Positions 60,633-64,000 of a DNA stretch of 64,000 nucleotides are shown here, piece after piece. The DNA is taken from NCBI GenBank assembly GCA_903830945.1, contig CAIKVT010000021.1, positions 4,519 to 68,518 on the forward strand, given 5' to 3'. The notes below the pieces were generated by a model, which searched no databases, had not been told where the DNA came from, and saw only the letters and a list, made by a program, of their open reading frames with translations. Each line of letters opens with the position of its first letter. The stretch's first letter is position 1. The stretch is from an uncultured Elusimicrobia bacterium (GTDB taxonomy: Bacteria; Elusimicrobiota; Elusimicrobia; UBA1565; UBA9628). The translations under genes and the position numbers were made by a program.

Positions 60633-62051
60633 ATGCTGATGATCCGCATACCGGTCATCGGAATCATCCTCGCCCTGGCCGCAGGCCCGGCTTGCGCAGC
60701 GCCGGATGCCGAGGGGCGGGGTCGCGGCGGGCGTCACGGTCCGGAGCACCAGGCCAAGGTCGAAGTGCCTGCGCGTCCTCTGGATGTCGTTCTCGGCAGA
60801 CCCACGGCGACCTCGGTCACGGCCAGCGTCCTTTTGTACGCAGGCGGACGCGGAAGCGTCGAGTATGGAGTGCGCCAGGGAGAGTACCCGGACCATACTC
60901 CCGTGACCGAGTTCGGCAAAGGAACCCCGGTCCACATGGTGATCGGACCCCTTAAGGCCGACACGCGCTATTATTATCGGTTCCGTCACGAGACCGCCGG
61001 CGCGCAGGGCGCGGTCGCAGGCACATTCCACACCCAGCGCGCGCCCGGCAGCGCTTTCGTGTTCACTGTGCAGGCTGATTCTCACCTGGATCAGAACACA
61101 AGCACCGAGCTCTACGAGCGGACGCTGCGCAACGCCCTGGCCGACAGGCCGGATTTCCATATCGACCTGGGCGACACGTTCATGACCGGGAAGTATCGGG
61201 GCCAGGATCCATCGAGGCTTTACCTGGCGCAGCGCTACTATTTCGGCTTGCTTTGCCATTCCGCGCCTCTTTTTTTCGTGCTCGGCAATCACGACGGGGA
61301 ACCAGGCGGCGGCCGCGGACAGCCAGCCGACGCGATCCTGCTGCGCAAGAAGTACTTCCCCAACCCTGTCCAGGACGGGTTCTACACGGGAGAGGACCGT
61401 GGCGCCCTGGAGAACTATTACGCGTGGCAATGGGGCGACGCGCTGTTCGTCGTGCTCGACCCGTTCCGATATTCCGGTCGGCCTCGTGGCGAGCCGGAGG
61501 ACAACTGGAACATGACTTTGGGGGCGGAGCAATATCATTGGCTGAAGCGGACTCTGGAAAACAGCAAGGCCGCGTTCAAATTCGTGTTCATCCATCATCT
61601 GGTCGGTGGTGTAAACCGCGACGGCCGCAACCGCGGCGGGGCCGAGGCCGCGGCGTTCTATGAGTGGGGGGGGCGCAACGCGGACGGCAGCGATGGTTTC
61701 GCGGAGCAACGCCCCGGCTGGGAGATGCCCATCCAGCAGCTCCTTGTGCGCAACGGCGTGCAGATCGTTTTTCACGGTCACGACCATTTTTTCGCGAAGC
61801 AGGACCTGGGCGGCATCGTCTACCAGCTTGTGCCGCAGCCCGGAGCACAGGAGCGCCGCAGCGTGCGAGAAGCCGAACGCTATGGATATGAGAAAGGCGA
61901 ATTCCTGAGCAGCCCCGGCCACCTGCGCGTCCGCGTGTCCCCGAACAGCGCTGTTGTGGAGTGCGTCCGGTCACGCTTGCCGGAAGATGAGGGGATGCGG
62001 AAAGAGAAAGACGCGGTCGCCTACACCTATACGATCCCGGCTGCGCCATAA
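60633..62051 (+). CDS. Secreted calcineurin-like metallophosphoesterase with a purple-acid-phosphatase-type N-terminal domain
   Basis: Signal peptide, then an FN3-like N-domain (..VTASVLLYAGGRGSVEYGV..ADTRYYYRFRH). Phosphoesterase motifs are present: GDTFMTGKY, VLGNHDGE and FHGHDHFF. Confidence 0.8.
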   Translation: MLMIRIPVIGIILALAAGPACAAPDAEGRGRGGRHGPEHQAKVEVPARPLDVVLGRPTATSVTASVLLYAGGRGSVEYGVRQGEYPDHTPVTEFGKGTPVHMVIGPLKADTRYYYRFRHETAGAQGAVAGTFHTQRAPGSAFVFTVQADSHLDQNTSTELYERTLRNALADRPDFHIDLGDTFMTGKYRGQDPSRLYLAQRYYFGLLCHSAPLFFVLGNHDGEPGGGRGQPADAILLRKKYFPNPVQDGFYTGEDRGALENYYAWQWGDALFVVLDPFRYSGRPRGEPEDNWNMTLGAEQYHWLKRTLENSKAAFKFVFIHHLVGGVNRDGRNRGGAEAAAFYEWGGRNADGSDGFAEQRPGWEMPIQQLLVRNGVQIVFHGHDHFFAKQDLGGIVYQLVPQPGAQERRSVREAERYGYEKGEFLSSPGHLRVRVSPNSAVVECVRSRLPEDEGMRKEKDAVAYTYTIPAAP

Positions 62052-62065
62052 TCGGATTAGCGCGA

Positions 62066-62251
62066 TCAGGGTGTAGGTGCGGGCCGGAAGACTTTCTTGC
62101 AAAGCCGCCAAATCACGACGCCGACATGCCGCACGACAATCTTATCTCGGCTCGCCTTCATCCCTTTTTTGGCCAGGGCGATCAGCCGCCGCTCAGCTGC
62201 CAGAGGCAGCCTCGGATACTGCCGGACCACCTCGCGATAAGCTTCCCACAT
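62066..62251 (-). pseudogene. Possible truncated remnant of a sigma-70 family gene (regions 1.2-2.1 only)
   Basis: The 61-aa ORF YREVVRQYPRLPLAAERRLIALAKKG..SRDKIVVRHVGVVIWRLCKK resembles sigma-70 region 1.2 (YLREIGRVPLLTxEEEIxLAKR) and the start of region 2 (KxKLIEANLRLVVSIAKKY). It ends abruptly 15 nt from the phosphoesterase stop codon. Confidence 0.3.
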
Positions 62252-62409
62252 ACGGCATATGATGACGAATGCGGATGCGGCTTACACACTCGGCCGAGAG
62301 AGGCGGTCGGGGCCGTGGAGTTTGAGGCCGTAGGCTCATTCTTCGGGGTTGGGGCCGATATTATAATTGACATATAACATGGCGTTTATTATGATAATAG
62401 CCGCTATAT

Positions 62410-63564
62410 ATGGTAACCAATATGCCTGAAAACATCACACGGATACTCGACATCCGTAAAGAAGTCGAGAAAAAGTCGTGTTTCCTATTCGGCCCCAGGC
62501 TGACAGGGAAGACTTGGCTTCTGCGGCATACTCTTAAAAATATCCGGACCTACAACTTGTTGGACCACGACACCTTTCTGCGTCTCAGCCGCTCTGCCAG
62601 CCTCATAGGTGAGGAATGTACGGCTCGGGACTCCATCGTCGTCATCGATGAGGTCCAGAAGCTCCCTTCGCTGCTTGATGCGGTCCACATGCTCATCGAG
62701 GAGCGAGGGATCCATTTTCTTTTGACCGGATCCAGCGCCCGAAAGCTGCGCCGCGGCGGCGTCAACTTGTTGGGGGGCAGGGCCCGGATCAGGAATCTCT
62801 ACCCCTTGAGTTTCTCCGAACTACAGAAGTCCTTCAATCTTGAGCGTGCCGTCAACCACGGACTGCTCCCGGCTATTTACTCGTCGCAGGAGCCGGACGA
62901 GGACTTGAAGGCCTATGTGGGCACGTACCTTCAAGAGGAAGTGGCCGCCGAAGGATTGACGCGAAATATCCCGGCCTTCAGCCGATTCCTGGAAGTGGCC
63001 GCCTTGTGCAACGGCAAGATGATTAATTTCGCCAACATCGCCAACGACGCACAGGTGGCGCGCAGCACCGTTCAGGAATACTTCCAAATACTCAAAGACA
63101 CATTGCTCGCTCATGAGGTGCCGGCTTGGCGCAAATCCGTAAGGCGTAAGCCCATCACAACCTCGAAATTCTATCTGTTCGATTCAGGGGTCGCCCGGAT
63201 CCTTCAGCACCGTGGCCGCATCAATCCTGGCTCTCCGGAATTCGGAGAAGCCTTCGAACACTTCATATTCCATGAATTGTTGACCTACGCCGACTATTGC
63301 CGGGCAGGAGAGATCCGCTACTGGCGGTCGCTCTCCGGTTTTGAGGTCGACTTCGTCCTGGGAGACACTGCAGCCATCGAAGTGAAAGCTGGCAAGAACG
63401 TGTCTCCGCAGGACCTCAAGGGTCTGCGCGCCTTACGCGAAGAGGGGGGCCTCAAGCACTATCTAATGGTGTCCGGCGAGAGAACCGCGCGGGTCATCGA
63501 CGGCATACGCATTCTTCCCTGGAAGGAATTCCTCCAACAGCTTTGGGATGGACGATTCAGCTGA
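62410..63564 (+). CDS. AAA-family ATPase of the AAA_14/DUF4143 type
   Basis: 384 aa with Walker A FLFGPRLTGKTWLL and Walker B VVIDEVQKL. The C-terminal ~150 aa have the conservation typical of DUF4143. An AT-rich promoter-like region lies upstream. Confidence 0.7.
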   Translation: MVTNMPENITRILDIRKEVEKKSCFLFGPRLTGKTWLLRHTLKNIRTYNLLDHDTFLRLSRSASLIGEECTARDSIVVIDEVQKLPSLLDAVHMLIEERGIHFLLTGSSARKLRRGGVNLLGGRARIRNLYPLSFSELQKSFNLERAVNHGLLPAIYSSQEPDEDLKAYVGTYLQEEVAAEGLTRNIPAFSRFLEVAALCNGKMINFANIANDAQVARSTVQEYFQILKDTLLAHEVPAWRKSVRRKPITTSKFYLFDSGVARILQHRGRINPGSPEFGEAFEHFIFHELLTYADYCRAGEIRYWRSLSGFEVDFVLGDTAAIEVKAGKNVSPQDLKGLRALREEGGLKHYLMVSGERTARVIDGIRILPWKEFLQQLWDGRFS

Positions 63565-63590
63565 CGGGACGTCCTCAAACCATAGGAAAG

Positions 63591-63610
63591 ATGGACACTT
63601 TTTGGACACC
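63591..63610 (+). repeat. 20-nt direct repeat, copy 2 (atggacactttttggacacc)
   Basis: It is a perfect match to 52417-52436, and lies 26 nt after the ATPase stop and 85 nt before the tRNA-Ala fragment. Confidence 0.8.
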
Positions 63611-63695
63611 GGGGAAGTCCTGAAGAGTGCTGTCAGTATCGAATAGCGCATGCGCCATCAGCAATTTTAGCCACTGAGCGGCATCCGTGATTGGC

Positions 63696-63743
63696 TGCAT
63701 GGCATGCAAGAGGTCGTCAGTTCGATCCTGACTAGGTCCACCA
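63696..63743 (+). other. Direct repeat of the 3' 48 nt of tRNA-Ala (46/48 identical, includes CCA): candidate att site / island boundary
   Basis: tgcatggcatgcaagaggtcgtcAgttcgatccTgactaggtccacca matches 52170-52217 with two mismatches. The sequence upstream (gccactgagcggcatccgtgattggc) is not tRNA-like. Confidence 0.8.
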
Positions 63744-63764
63744 TTTCAAGCAGCGTCAGTGGCA

Positions 63765-63812
63765 AGAAATCGGCCGGAGCACTTTTGAGTGCTTCGGCCG
63801 ATTTCTTCTTGG
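63765..63812 (+). terminator. Terminator-like long imperfect hairpin followed by a T-rich tract
   Basis: aaatcggccggagcac at 63767-63782 pairs with gtgcttcggccgattt at 63789-63804, followed by cttcttggtg. Confidence 0.45.
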
Positions 63813-63930
63813 TGCGATACTATCATGAGAGAGTTCATGTGTCTCTCAATGGGCGAGTGTCCGCAGAAAGGCTAGAATAAAAAGAACAATATTGTGCGAA
63901 GCTGAATCGGAGCACCGGCTTGCCGACCTC

Positions 63931-64000
63931 ATGACATCCTCAAGCATCCGCGTCATCCTCCATGTCGATATGGATGCATACTTCGCTTCGGTCGAGCAGA
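63931..64000 (+). CDS. dinB: DNA polymerase IV (Y-family), N-terminal 23 codons only
   Basis: It translates to MTSSSIRVILHVDMDAYFASVEQ. The HVDMDAFFASVE segment is the conserved Pol IV N-terminus containing the catalytic Asp residues. It runs off the window. Confidence 0.7.
   Translation, partial: MTSSSIRVILHVDMDAYFASVEQ

Larger units (their letters stand above)
52218..63743. mobile_element. Putative ~11.5-kb genomic island at the tRNA-Ala 3' end (no integrase or transposase recognised)
   Basis: It is bounded by the intact tRNA-Ala and a 48-nt direct repeat of the tRNA 3' end. Its borders are AT-rich (52261-52470 and 62252-62409). A 20-nt perfect direct repeat lies just inside both ends. 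Its cargo is unrelated to neighbouring housekeeping genes. Confidence 0.55.

Noticed and set aside
59928-61922. A 664-aa minus-strand ORF antisense to the unknown-domain protein and the phosphoesterase.
   Set aside because: Same reasoning. It has no recognisable domains, and the sense-strand genes have clear signal peptides and catalytic motifs.

Overview
This window is a visibly GC-rich bacterial chromosomal segment (GC fraction not computed). It is densely coded on both strands with few overlaps, and the gene content suggests a Gram-negative-type (diderm) envelope from an unidentified lineage.

I can support roughly 60 protein-coding genes:
- Housekeeping genes: alaS, thrS, gap-pgk-secG, lspA, rlmD, queF and a copA-type copper ATPase.
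- An argC-argB-argD-GNAT-argJ operon on the minus strand.
- A cbiM(N)QO ECF-type cobalt/nickel importer.
- A Tol-Pal-like cluster: a 1108-aa TPR protein, TolQ, two TolR/ExbD copies, a TonB/TolA-like protein, then a possible Pal-like protein.
- An operon of M23 peptidase, bactofilin and a SurA-N-like chaperone.
- A CHASE2-sensor class III nucleotide cyclase, divergent from a FecR-domain protein plus an outer-membrane barrel.
- An EAL phosphodiesterase, two single-receiver response regulators (one fused to a YbgC-type thioesterase) and an S8 subtilase.

There are four intact tRNAs: Leu-CAA (minus strand), Val-GAC, Leu-GAG and Ala-GGC. I see no rRNA, no CRISPR array and no recognisable transposase or integrase.

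The most unusual region is an ~11.5-kb segment at 52218-63743. It starts immediately after tRNA-Ala and ends with a 48-nt near-perfect direct repeat of the tRNA-Ala 3' end. Its edges are AT-rich and it carries an internal perfect 20-nt direct repeat near both ends, which together look like an integrase-less genomic island. Its cargo, in gene order, is:
- ECF sigma factor, putative anti-sigma factor and a periplasmic LTXXQ protein.
- A small outer-membrane barrel.
- A 1178-aa secreted protein with five PKD domains, two PEBP (YbhB/YbcL) domains and a ~400-aa domain I cannot assign.
- A standalone PEBP protein.
- A standalone copy of the same unassigned domain behind a Gly/Arg-rich N-terminal segment.
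- A purple-acid-phosphatase-like metallophosphoesterase.
- A truncated sigma-70 fragment.
- A DUF4143-type AAA ATPase.

All protein-family calls are from motif reading of the translations. No database search was run.
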